64,000 nt of DNA from NCBI GenBank assembly GCA_030704615.1, contig CM060732.1, positions 21,452,001 to 21,516,000 on the forward strand. The letters are read 5' to 3'. Below are positions 13,101 to 24,307 of this stretch, piece by piece (positions within the stretch are counted from its first letter, which is position 1; every line of letters starts with the position of its first letter). This DNA comes from Takakia lepidozioides (taxonomy: Eukaryota > Plantae > Bryophyta). The position numbers were made by a program, and so were the translations under genes. Below the pieces are notes generated by a model. That model was not told the DNA's origin and did no database searches. It was given only the letters and a program-made list of their open reading frames with translations.

Positions 13101-13600
13101 TGGTGCCGACAAATTGGGCCGCCCAGGACGTTGAGGAACCGGCAGCAGCGGCGGTACTAGAAGAACGCGAGCGTTTGTTGAAGCTCGCAAAGTACAACAT
13201 TGCCAAAGCTAGGAAACGGTATGAAAGGCAGGCGAATCGGAAGCGGAGGGAAGTTAAGTTTGAGGCAGGCACGGAGGTCTGGTTGAACATCAAGTATTTC
13301 CGACTACCTCCGGAAGTGAGTCCGAAGTTCGTACTTCCGTATGCGGGACCCTTTTGCATTCGGAAGGTTATGAATGAGGATGTGTATTAATTGGAGCTGC
13401 CGGCAAATAGCAAGGTGCATCCGGTATTCCACGTCTCTTTTTTTAAGCCTTACTTCAAAGATGAAGTGCGTCCGAATCGGCATCAAGTGTTGCGTCCGCC
13501 ACCTGTGCTGTTGGAGCATGAAAATGAACCTGAGTACGAGGTGGAGGCAGTGCTTAAGTCGAGGAGGTTCAAAAATCGAGAAACGGAGTATCTCGTGAAA
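10200..13600 (+). pseudogene. gag remnant plus pol (PR-RT-RH-IN-chromodomain) of the nested element
   Basis: ORF pieces 10144-10467, 10528-10827, 10831-11085, 11098-11240, 11262-12494, 12491-13390 and 13391-13600 are collinear pol segments broken by stops and frameshifts. Confidence 0.95.
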
Positions 13601-13930
13601 CCCCCGCAGACAGTTACAGAAGTATATATAAGGAGTAGTAACCCCGAGAACGGTGCAAGCCCGTTGGTGACCAAAAAGTAGTGAGTAAGCGAACGAGCTG
13701 GAAAGCGACCAAGGAGTGGGGAGCTATTCCGGACTGCCATCTACCAAAGGGAATTTCCACTAGGCCCAAATTGGTGGAGGGTCTTTTGGAAGAGCAAAGG
13801 GGGACCGTTATGTCCCGGTGAGCAGCCGAAGCTCCGAATTGGCCCGACGGCCAGGTTGGGAGTTAGGCGCGCGCATCAAAGCGAGTAACTATGACTTGAA
13901 GGGGAGCTTTCCGAAGTGAGGTGCACGACA
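13595..13930 (+). repeat. 3' LTR of the nested chromovirus
   Basis: Direct repeat of 9818-10153, fused straight to the chromodomain codons with no PPT. Confidence 0.95.
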
Positions 13931-15020
13931 AGTGTTGTCTTAGCAACCTCTCCCTAATATAAACAACATCTTCAGGCACTTGTTTAACAGCAGCAGCCCT
14001 TAGATCTAAAAAGTATTGCCAAAGAGACTCACCCTCCTTGTATGGCTGGCCACAAAGTTTGTCAAGGCTATCCAAAGGCCTCTCCGCAGGTAAATTAAAG
14101 ATCATGAGGGCTCTTCTTTTAACCTTGGCCCAAGTCAGGTTTTCTTCACCACTCAAAGCAACATGCAACAAATCACTGGCTTCTCCTTGCATGCTCATGC
14201 AGAATGTACCTATCATGACCTCTTCCGTAGCTTTGTTCATTTGAGCACTGACTTCAAACAATTCCAAAAAATTCTCTATCTTCTTTCCCATGTTATACTC
14301 AGGATAGGCATAAGTAATCACCGGTGCTACATGGTATACATGACCAGCATCTACATGTCCCTGAAAAGCCACTGGCTGAATTCCCAAATTATTGTGACTT
14401 GACCTCGCACCTCCATCCTCATGAACTGCCATCCCTCCCATAGCCCGGGAGAGTGGTAATATAGTAGATGGGGTACTGGACCATGACTGAAGAGCTGGTT
14501 GACTCTGTGCAAGCACTTGGCTTCGCACAGGGCCAGACCAAGCGGACTCACTAGCCACGTACAAAGGATGAGATGCACGAGAGGAGGTGACAGGCATACC
14601 TTGAAATTGAGGATTGTCATGCAAGGAAATAGGCCTCAATTCTGCCGGTGGAGCGGAACTTGAAACTGAGATGCTAGGCTGACCTGCAGGTGACTCCCCT
14701 ATGCGATCCAAGCCGTCCATCTGTCGTGCATGGAAATCCATGGCATACAGGTTGGCCCTCGTATCATCTGCAACATCCAAGTTTTCCCGAATTCTACCAC
14801 CCAAGCCAGGCTTGGTGCTAGTGACTGCCGCAGGTCCAAGACCATTGGAAGCCCTAACCTGATTTCTACCATCAACCCCACTAAACCCTTCTTCCATTGA
14901 TACCAAATCTGACTCTACAAAAGTCCTATATCGAGGCTCAGTGATTGGAGATAACACAAGAGCAGCAGACATCCTATCTCTACCTGAACGCAACCAATGG
15001 CTATTGGGCGAGTTGGACAT
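13931..15020 (-). pseudogene. gag of the outer element, interrupted by the nested insertion
   Basis: Low-complexity N-terminus followed by a capsid-like segment (IENFLELFE...MQGEASD...TWAKVK...EGESLWQYFLDLR). It lies between the 5' LTR and the protease. Confidence 0.8.
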
Positions 15021-15494
15021 TAGTTAGGAATCACCACCTTTAGAGGTCTTCAACTTCTACCACACTGGTACACTGCCAAGCTTGTGGAGTCACAATCCTC
15101 AAAAGCTTGTGTGTCTCTTGATCATGCTCAGCAAGAGCACCCGCGGGAATTCTTGAACCAAAAACCCACATACAAGGTGTAGTCTGACCCCCAGTAACGG
15201 TCACTTCTCCAAGTTCGAGACAAGACAGTGCTCGGCGGCCAATGCCCGATGGAGTAAAAAACGTTCAGTTTGCGAATCGAGCGGAGAGCAAATCGCTCGT
15301 TAGGAAGAATAATAAGACTCTCCTTGAAGAGCCTTCTCACTATGACCCGTGAGAGAATCAACAAGGTCACGGGTAGTAGGTGTACACACCGCAAGACTCC
15401 CAAATCTCAACAATCGTAACAAAATCGCACCAATGCCACTGGTGAACAAAGCCAAATGCCAGGGATCCAAAAATCGCAGGACACCAGCGGAACG

Positions 15495-16334
15495 TCAAGG
15501 GATTGAACGGAGATTTTCGCAAAGCCCAAACTGCATGAATTCCAGGGCACCGTAAAACAAAAATCGACTTTTGAGTTCGGGGATAGGCACCTTGAACTGT
15601 CTCCTCAAAGCTAGCTCTTTGTCAATCACACTATGGACTTCCCTCACCAGTAAAGCAGGATCGCTGATCCAGGCAGTGACTCTCTCCCGTTCAGTAGCTG
15701 AAAAACGCGAGATGTCCACAAAAAATCGAGATTCAAATTTATCGATCCACATCAAGTCGTCACTGCTCAATTCGAGCTGCTCACTGTCAAACACAAGAGA
15801 GTCCTGGATTTGCGAGTTAACATCAGGCAGCCCCTCAAGATCGTAAGCAGGCTCAACGTAGCCCAAACCGTAATCAGCTCTGTCAGGGCCACCGCTTGGC
15901 AAAGAGCCCGAACTTACTGAGCCACGAACCAAATACAAAGCTCTTTCTTCAAAGGCCGCTTCTGCCCTGGCATACGCTGAGTAGTTAGAGCCTGAGGAGG
16001 TAGGTCTTTCAATGTCAGGAACAGGAACCCCTGGAATCAACAATGGAACACGCGCGGTAGGAGCTGCAGGCACTTCCGAGACTGGATGACCATCCACCAC
16101 CTGCAAACTGGGAGCAGATACAGGAACGCCTAAATCTAACTGGCTGGAACCCACCACGACAGAGTTTGCAACCTCCACTCTTAGTTCTATCTTAACCAAA
16201 ATCGAGCCGCTGTCCTCTCTCTCGCTTGACAAGCTACAGAGAACTGCAGACGCCATTGCAACACACAACGAACAAGCAAGACAAACAAATGCAAGTGCAC
16301 AACGCGAAGAGTGAAGCAGTTGCCGCCATCGCAA
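15495..16334 (-). CDS. Extra ORF upstream of gag in the outer element, unknown function
   Basis: Open 279-codon frame in the element sense orientation between the PBS and gag. The start codon is uncertain (an internal ATG gives MASAVL...). Confidence 0.55.
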   Translation of the reverse strand: MRWRQLLHSSRCALAFVCLACSLCVAMASAVLCSLSSEREDSGSILVKIELRVEVANSVVVGSSQLDLGVPVSAPSLQVVDGHPVSEVPAAPTARVPLLIPGVPVPDIERPTSSGSNYSAYARAEAAFEERALYLVRGSVSSGSLPSGGPDRADYGLGYVEPAYDLEGLPDVNSQIQDSLVFDSEQLELSSDDLMWIDKFESRFFVDISRFSATERERVTAWISDPALLVREVHSVIDKELALRRQFKVPIPELKSRFLFYGALEFMQFGLCENLRSIP

Positions 16335-16430
16335 CTTCCTCTTGAACCAAAAACTTCTTCCAAAACCAGATTGAACCCGAGGTAACCGCGCAAAATCATT
16401 GTACGTGCGGAGCCGCCACTACCCACAAGA

Positions 16431-16438
16431 CTCCACCA
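16431..16438 (-). promoter_or_regulatory. Putative PBS of the outer element (tRNA-Ala-like)
   Basis: TGGTGGAG immediately follows the 5' LTR core. It is complementary to the tRNA-Ala 3' end CUCCACCA, but only 8 nt match. Confidence 0.6.
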
Positions 16439-16946
16439 TATTTTGTGCTTGAATGAGATTCTCCCGTCCTCACAAGTGCACGTTAACTAGGGGTGTAAGA
16501 GCTCGGAAGGAGCGGGCTTTATAGCACGAGAAGAGAGATGAACATGTAGAGGATCCCACGTACAGCATATGCAGAGCTAACACACACACACCAAAGCTCA
16601 CAGAGCACGTCCAAAAGCTCGTACACCAAGTTGTACATACGAGAAGAAAGGCCCTGATTCAAGGTCAGGAACAAGCTTATACCAAAAACCTAGGGTGAGG
16701 CAATACCCCCACATGGCAGCATGCCACGGGTTGCCTAGTTTACAAACAGATTTGGCCCGTAGACCAATGAAGGGGCCAGATGCAGCCACAAAGCATGATG
16801 CAGCCTCTAGGATAACCTCAAACAAGTATAGGTCAGGCTGTATATAACTGTCTCCCGCCGTAAATACTAATGGCATGGGATGAACAGGTCTGTCAGACAG
16901 TGATGAATAGGCTGAAAGTCAGGCCAGGAGAACATGAGCCATCACA
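16439..16946 (-). repeat. 5' LTR of the outer Ty3 element
   Basis: Direct repeat of 5671-6156. It ends ...GCACAAAATA on the element strand without the terminal AGCCTTCACA. Confidence 0.95.
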
Positions 16947-17499
16947 CTCTCAATGGTATGGTACGGTGATGAGAATTTGAGTCCACCTTAAGATACCAAT
17001 CTTTTGTTTTCATTTTTTGGTTTTTTTCTTAAAAGGAAAGGGGACAAAGGCATTTTTAATCAAATTAAACAAAAGTAGAGTCACATCAGTGGAAAAAATA
17101 ACCACCGTAGAGGACTTACTGGGGGGGAACTTCCCCGTGACTCTAGCAAATCAGCTAATAGAGACGAAGGAGAGATCAGAGGGGGTTTTTGAGTGTGTGA
17201 AGGGAACTGAAATGTTAAGAGGGGGGTGTAGAGCTAGGCGGTAAGAACAGACAAGGCAGAGGAAACCTTGCTGCAGCTACTGAGCTAGTTTTGCAATGGA
17301 GCTCTAAGAACAATGTAAGCTGCTTTAGAACCAAGAAACAGGGGAGGCAATGAGGGGAGGCAGAAAGGCCAGCTAGAGGAGGGTGCTCCAGCCTGCGAGT
17401 TCGGAGCTGCAGATGCTACAAACCGAGAGGTGAGCGAGTGGTGCTTCAGATTCATAACTTCAGTTGAGTTCTTAACTTTGGAACTCGAGCTTTGTTGTG

Positions 17500-18450
17500 A
17501 CGCCAGTTGTAATCAGCCTCCTCCCCATCACCAGGGGACCTCCCATTGAGTGGGGATGGAGTCTTTCCAAGCAAAGCGCATGTCGGGAAGACTGGTGCTG
17601 AGCAGGTTCCCTTTGCCCCAGGACTGCATGAAATCTTGAAACAACTTCCTTCCTCGTTGTTTAGAAGATCTGGAAATAGTTGCATACAACGAATCCCACG
17701 CTTTTCTCCCCTCAGTCAACAGATCATGAAATGTGTGAAACAAGATAGATCTGCCTCTGGGGGGCTTGCCCTCATAGACATAGGAACACCTTCAAGACTT
17801 CCAAATATTCCATAAAGTATGGGCTCCGAGCGAGGTTCACACTAGACAGAGTGTTTGCGCTTGACTTGGGACCATGTTGAGAAGCAACAAAGACTGAGGA
17901 GGAGGGGAGGGATAGGAGGCCCAATGAGAGTAAAACCCCAAGACCTTTCTCCAGATACTACCCGAGAAATTGCAAAACAACAGGCAATGTTCAATGGACT
18001 CTGGTTCTGACAGACAGAGAGGGCATGAAGGATTGTCTTGGTCTGTGGTTAGCTTGACTGGCAGGATTGTGTGGGTCAATTTCCATAGGAAACCCGAGAC
18101 CTTTGCTGCCCTATCTTTCCTCCAGACGTCCTTCCAGATTTTGGCCAGTTAGATTGGGTGAACTGCAGATTGCTCCATTTTGAAGACCATCTTGCCATAA
18201 AGGAACGGGGCGGGTTGATGAGAGAGTAACCCAGCTTGACCTTGTAGGCGAAAAATGGTGAATGATTTTTGTCCATCCAATTCTATCGTAGGGATCAAAT
18301 TGCAGATCCGCCAGTGGGCACTTAAGAAACCAGGTGAACGATTGATGGACAGCCCATTGAATTTCCATTCCCTGCGGTGGCAAGGGGTTGGCATTTCCAA
18401 GCATATCTAGCACCCTGACATGGTATAGGTTCCGCTTGTCCAAAGTTATT
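17500..18450 (-). mobile_element. LINE (L1-like) ORF2 3' fragment with zf-RVT, degenerate
   Basis: LQFDP, FFAYKVKLGY and CPLCLSEPESIEHCLLFC motifs. Collinear with the copy at 32907-33560. Confidence 0.8.
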
Positions 18451-18539
18451 TCACCGGAGTATGCGAGGTTGCCAACATTGTCTGGTATGAAACCCAAACC
18501 TGCGCCCCCCACCCCCTCCTTTTTTTGCTCAGTCTATCA

Positions 18540-18832
18540 TTTCAAATGAATTTTTCACGAATATCCAGCGACCAAAAGTACTTGAGATCCCAAATCTCCC
18601 ACCTGAAGGGCCAATCACTGCTCCAGAAAAGCCCACTTTGCTATTTTTCACGAATTTCCAATGACCCAAAGTACTCTAAATTCCACATCTCCCACATTTC
18701 GGGCCCAAAAATCATGAGACCAAGCCGGTGCACCCCTCCTCATTGAAGGCTTTCCAACAGCACCAAGCACCAGGGCTAGGGCCCCGTGGTTTGGGAGATC
18801 TCAACGACACTACAAAACAAAACAAACGTCTG
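18540..18832 (-). mobile_element. Helitron-like 5' end fragment, inverted partner of 18850-19060
   Basis: Reverse complement of the adjacent arm (GTTTGTTTTGTTTTG, GTTGGAAAGCC.TCAA, GGGGTGCACCGGCTTG, TCTCATGATTTTTGG), separated by a (TA)n run. Confidence 0.65.
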
Positions 18833-19539
18833 ATATATATATATATATATGAATCAAGACGTTTGTTTGTTTTGTTTTGTTTTGTAGCGTTGAGAGTCCC
18901 GAACCACGAGGCCCCGGTGCTGGTGCTTGGTACCGTTGGAAAGCCCTCAACGAGGAGGGGTGCACCGGCTTGATCTCATGATTTTTGGACATGCGGTGTG
19001 GGAGATACGGAATTCCAAGTACTTTTGGTTGCTGGAAATTCACAAAAAATAGCAAAAATGGCAAAGTGGGCATTCCTGGGACAATGGTTGGAGCCTCGAT
19101 GGGAGAGATATCAAGGGAAATGTCTCCGGTTCAAATCTGGTCGTAGGCTCTCTGAAAAAAAAGAAATGATCAGATATGGGATTGCACTTGGACTTAGATG
19201 ACATTGGACACTTGGGCATGTACACGGGAGATGCACTTGGATACTTGAATAGAGGATTGCACTTGGGCCTCAACATATGAGACCCACTTTGGATACATAA
19301 GAAATTGCACTTGGGCTTAGATTTCAATTCTTCACACATGGGTCTTGACATATGAGACGTTACTTGAATACATAGGGGATTGCACTTGGACTTAGATTTC
19401 ATTCTTAACCCATGGGCCAATGGCGCAGGCTACCCTAGGCCTAGATCTCCCAAATAGGAGGGTCTCTAGCCTACACAGGGGATTGCACTTGGACTTAGAT
19501 GACACTGGACACTTGGGTCAACGGCATAGGCTACCCTAG
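18833..19539 (+). mobile_element. Non-autonomous Helitron-like element
   Basis: TA-rich 5' end, internal GGGATTGCACTTGGACTTAGAT repeats (19178-19500), and a 3' end CAACGGCATAGGCTACCCTAG followed by T (CTAG at 19536-19539). A duplicate 3' end lies at about 19415-19439. Confidence 0.6.
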
Positions 19540-20865
19540 TATATATAAAGAATAGGGGAAGCAGCCCTGGAAATATATTAGTGGATAAAGGGATACAAGA
19601 GGAAAAAATAACCTCTTAGGGCCGCGAAGGCGTGACACAAGGGGAACAACCCAGAGATTAACAATAGAGGGAAAAGGATTGGAAACTAGCAAATATTGGC
19701 GACGGAGCGCCTAAGCTTGAGCTCTAGATGGAGTAGGGATTCTATCAGAGCTTATCCAGAACAAACTGTCGGAATAGGCGAAAAAAATAAAAGGGGGGTG
19801 GGGGGGTACTGCAGTAAGCAAAGCTGCCACTGCGAGCCTAGAGGCCAACACAAGATACCAATCTATGCCGAAGAGATCGGTTATACCAATACCAGAGTCA
19901 TAGTAAAAAGACCTATAGGTGGACGAGTTCGAGAATATACCCGAGATTGATGGTTCTCTTCAGATAATGAAGACTAAGATCTAAATCCCATGGCCCAAGA
20001 CTGAAATATTGTATCTGAGAAACCGAAGGACTATCCGGAAGAGCTGAATGTTACTAACAGACATCAGCTATGAAATCCAGTGACGTCTTAGGGCTGCTTT
20101 ACACTAGGTCCCAAGCCCAAGACCAAGTGAGAATGGAGCATTCCCATTGGCAGAGGCCTGAAAATTGGGCCCAACGGCTTTACACTACGGCCCGAGCCCA
20201 AGAAAATGGAAGTGGGTCACTTGCCTACCTGGCACCTACATGGCACAAGTTTTGGCGCCAACTTCTTGGGCCAGCCCAAGAAAAAGGAACCCTCCTGGAG
20301 GCCTCTCATTTTAAGATAATAGGGTCTTCAATGGGCACGTGCGATGTGGCCGGTGGGCCCGCGCGGACGCCCGGCTCCCCAGCACCCGCCCGCCCCGCCC
20401 GCCGCTGCGCGCGGTCGCCAGCCGCGGGCGCGGCTGCAGCAACCGCGCCCGCGCCCCCGTCCGCCGTGCGGCCAGTCCCCCGCCCATGAGCCGCTGCCCT
20501 CCAGTCTGCCAGTCCGCTGCTGGCCAGTCGACTGCCCAACAGTCTGCCAGTCCGCCAGTGCCCGCCAGTCCGGTGCTGGCCAGTTCGCTGCCCAACAGTC
20601 TGCCAGTCCGTCAGTCTGCCCGCCAGCCGCTGGCCAGTCCCCCGCCATCCAGTCCGCTGACGGCCCAGGATCGCCACCGTCCATTCCCATAACCCATCCG
20701 AGACCTCCATTTTTAGGGCTGCAATTCAAACCTGCATCCCTACCGCCTGCCACTTGCCAGCAGCCGCGAACGTGCACACTGTTCTCCTAGCACGTTGTCG
20801 ATCGTGTCTTGTACTGCGGCGTGTTTCTTGCATGTTCAGAAGCGTGTCCTTGTACTGTATAGGGC

Positions 20866-23800
20866 ATGGACGTGGAAGCAAAACCCGATGATATACTGAT
20901 CACGGAAAGCCCGCTTATACGGCCTCTTCGACAATGTTTGCAAACAGCAAAACCAGGACCCTTCAACAAGAAGGATCTCCATTGGAAGAGTGAGATGCAA
21001 TATGGGTTTATGGGTGTGCGAGTGTGAATGTTGAAAATGCCTGCATACCTTGGGATAGAGTTGGTGACTTCGTCCTGGGAGAGGAGAGTTTGGAGGACTA
21101 CCCCACTCAGTTTTGGGTGAATGTCCATTCTAAAGTGGAACCCGGCTCGCGAAAAGCACCTAGAGCCAACACATTTCTGTCCAGTATTATGTGTGCACCA
21201 TCCTCAGTCCTTTTGACGTTTCATTGCATGTGTCTGTTGCCATTTTTTGTTTCACGAGTTCTCTGATTTTATGCTTCCTCAAGTCGTTGGATATCGATTT
21301 TAGAATTTTCGTCCATGTATCAATGCTGCTTACGGTCCTGATGACAAGCGCACCAACAAGGCAATAGTGGAGGATCCAAAACAGAAGCGTGGAGGACCTC
21401 TTGTGGGTGCTGGAACATCTTGCCCTCATAAAGGCCCAAGGAGAAAGAAGTCGGAGTATGGAGAGTCTTACAAACGTGGTTGCCAATGCTGTTTCAAGGT
21501 CCAGCAATGCTATCTCGCCCCTGACATCTGTGTCCTCACGTACTACAACAACATGGAGCATACAGATGCCAAGGGAAACCCTCGCATGGGAAGTCCGCAG
21601 AGTTCAGGAACACCCGCCACGCCTATGCACCACACATTAGCGAGGAATTGAAAGCCTGGGTCGTCGAGTGTTTGTGCCGAGGCCTGTCGGTCGCCCAAAT
21701 CATGATGGAGCATAAAGAGCACGTGATGAACAACACCGGCTTGGGCGATGCATGGACCGCGATGATTTCTTGTTGGAGCAAGATGTTTGCAACCTTGCGA
21801 GAAACGTGCGTGGCAAACCTTCAAAAAGCACGCCGATGATGCAGAGAGTGTGCGCATGTGGAGAGACCAGAATCCTGCGTCCGTTTTTTTCTATCAAGAG
21901 GAGAAATTAGAGCCAACATTCGAGCATTTTGATGGAGATTTGACATTCACTATTGGCATACAGACTCCCGTGGCAGAAACGACGAATGCTGGAACTAGGA
22001 CATGACCGTATCGTTGCATGTGATGCAACCTTTGGGACAAATCATGACAAGGTACTATTCGAACGATTCCATGGACTTGTACGAGCATGATAGCATAGTA
22101 CCATGCAACATTCACATAATATTTGGTGTGCTGACCCTTTCTGTATGTTTTCATGTGTACGTTGCGGAAGACCGAGAGGCAGACCCATTGTGAACCGCTA
22201 CAGACCTCATCACTCTTATGAAGTCTTCTCGTGCAGAACTGAGCGGAATTTGCATGCTCTGACCATCTTACATTGTGCATTCCAACAGTTCCCATTGTAC
22301 ACGTTGATGGTCTTCGACGAGTGGTTGAACGGTATACCAGTTGCCTATATCCTATCCGCGAGGAATCGGACAAGAGACCTGGTTCCGTGGATGAGAGCCT
22401 TGCGCGATTCACTCCTCGCAGATTTGCCGAGCTGGCGACCCAATGCCTTCATTGTGGACGATGCCGAAGCAGAAATCAATATTCGGTAAGTCTGTTGGTC
22501 CACAACACCGGTCCATTGTCGAGGTCCACTGCAGCAGTCCATTGCTACAGTCCACTGGCAGACTCCTGTGGCGAAACCCGATGGCAGTTCGCTGGGCAAA
22601 TCCACTGGTAGTCCGCTGTCAAGTCCGGTCATCAGTCCCCTGGCAAGTCCGCTGGCAGTCCCCGGCAAGTCCTCAGCAGTCCGCTGCCAAGTCCACTGCC
22701 AAGTCCAGCAGTCCCTGGGGTCGGCCGTCCGCTGCCAAGTCCACTCGGCAGTCCCTGGCAAGTCCGCTCGGCAGTCCGCGCAGTCCGCTGCCCCAGTCCT
22801 AGCTAGGGGAAGTCCAATGGGGAAGTCCACTGGGTAGTCCAATGGGGTTATTCCAGCACATCAACGTCATGGCATTGTACTGTCCACTGGGCGAGTCCAG
22901 TGGCTCTGCCCGCTGATACAGGTTCTGTTACAGTCCACTCCGGCAGTCCACCATTGCAGTCCGATCCCAAGACTCTAATGTGTACCATGTGTGTTGTGCA
23001 GAATTGTTTTTGAAGGAGTACTCATTTTCCTCTGCCTTTGGCATGTCCGCAAGGCATGGGTGAAGCAATCATGCAAGAAAACGAAGGATCCGGTGACCGC
23101 TTAAACTTGTTGAAGGATATGGGAGACCTCATGTACTGTAGAGGGGGACCACGCAACGAGAAAAGAGCGCTTCGGTGGGTTGCAAGGAGAATCCGTCGTA
23201 TGAGGTCAAAATACCCGAAAGGACATGAATTTCTTGACTATATCGAACAGTATTGGAAGCCCAAAATAGCAATGTGGTGTACAGCAGCCCGCCATGTCCC
23301 TCATGCGAGCCAAGACACAAACGCAAGCATTGAGGCATACCATGGAAATCTGAAGGCAAGACTTGCCATGGGGAAAGCAAGATGAGTGGTCGTAGAGTGG
23401 ACTGGCTTATATGGGAACTCACTGGCCGTGTGCTAACACACTACTGGTACGCAATCCATTTGAAGACCCACGGGTTCATAAGAAATGACAAACACGAAAA
23501 GTACATATCCAGTTCTATACTTGCGGCACGAGACATTCCTGCTGAGAGTGTTACTCTTCCCTTGGGTCCTGGTGAACCAGCCTACGTTCTCAGCAGCAAC
23601 CACCCCGGCACAACATACATTGTTTACAATCCTGATTGCGATTGGGGTTGTTGCACGTGCCCATGGGCAATGAAGGGAAACTTATGCAAGCATCAGGTCC
23701 GTGTCCTGAAGATGCTTCACCCTGACCTGCAGGATGGCCTCCTTGTGCGCGCTTGTGGCACGGCGCTGGGAACCATTCATGGAGGATTACCTAACTTGCT

Positions 23801-24137
23801 CTTGGGCAATGGTGCCGGCGGCAACGACGAATCCAATCAGTTCATGGAAAGACATCCTCCGGACGACTTCCCCTACGACGAGGCACCTCTGGAGGTCTCA
23901 GCCTTGGAACAAGAATTCGCGGACATACTTCGCATTGTAGGTGATGACAAATACCTGGAGGCACATGCCCGATCTGCTCTTCATATGTGCAGAGGGCAGC
24001 GCTTCTGGCCGACCAGTCTTTCGTGGAGGCCTGGAAAACCCGGCCTAGGGTTTTGCGGAGAACCAGCAAGAGGGTGTCTGCACCTGCACCTGCAGCACAT
24101 ATATACTCGAAAATTCGCAAGGTTTCAGGTCGTGTAG
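20866..24137 (+). pseudogene. MULE-type DDE transposase with SWIM zinc finger, multi-exon, frameshifted
   Basis: IPWDRVGDFVLGE, KRGCQCCF, FFYQ, FTIGIQTP, LYTLMVFDEWLNGIPVAYI, FIVDDAEAEI, LCLWHV, DTNASIEAYH and CTCPWAMKGNLCKH. GT-AG introns are visible, for example about 22486-23001. Confidence 0.88.
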
Positions 24138-24138
24138 A

Positions 24139-24307
24139 GTCACGAAGAAGACAATATAAGTCTGCAATGCCTCGAAAAGAGACAAGGTTTCATGTCGTGT
24201 AGGTGTCACGGAGAAGAGTCTGAGAGACAACTATAAGTCTGCCTCGAAAAGAGACAAGGTTTCATGTCGTGTAGGTGTCACGAAGAAGAAGAATATAAGT
24301 CTGCAAT
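24139..24307. repeat. Local tandem duplication of about 70 bp
   Basis: GCCTCGAAAAGAGACAAGGTTTCATGTCGTGTAGGTGTCACG occurs twice (about 24169 and 24241). Confidence 0.85.

Larger units (their letters stand above)
9817..13930 (+). mobile_element. Nested Ty3/gypsy chromovirus (Galadriel-like), defective
   Basis: LTRs at 9817-10153 and 13595-13930, about 11 mismatches in about 336 bp by eye. tRNA-iMet PBS TGGTATCAGAGC at 10156. CCHC knuckle, LLVDT protease, [21 protein letters not shown] RNase H, integrase SMDF/DRD/TDGQTE, GPF motif and a truncated chromodomain EYEVEAVL...EYLVK. Confidence 0.96.
5661..16946 (-). mobile_element. Ty3/gypsy LTR retrotransposon (non-chromovirus type), decayed, integrase core absent, carries a nested element
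   Basis: Direct repeats at 5671-6156 and 16439-16946. Termini TGTGAAGGCT...AGCCATCACA form an inverted repeat. CTCT flanks both ends (5657-5660, 16947-16950). Domain order on the minus strand is gag-PR-RT-RH-IN(Zn). Confidence 0.95.

Noticed and set aside
20306-20790. GC-rich ORFs in several frames (also 32132-32455)
   Set aside because: They are by-products of stop-poor TIR sequence.
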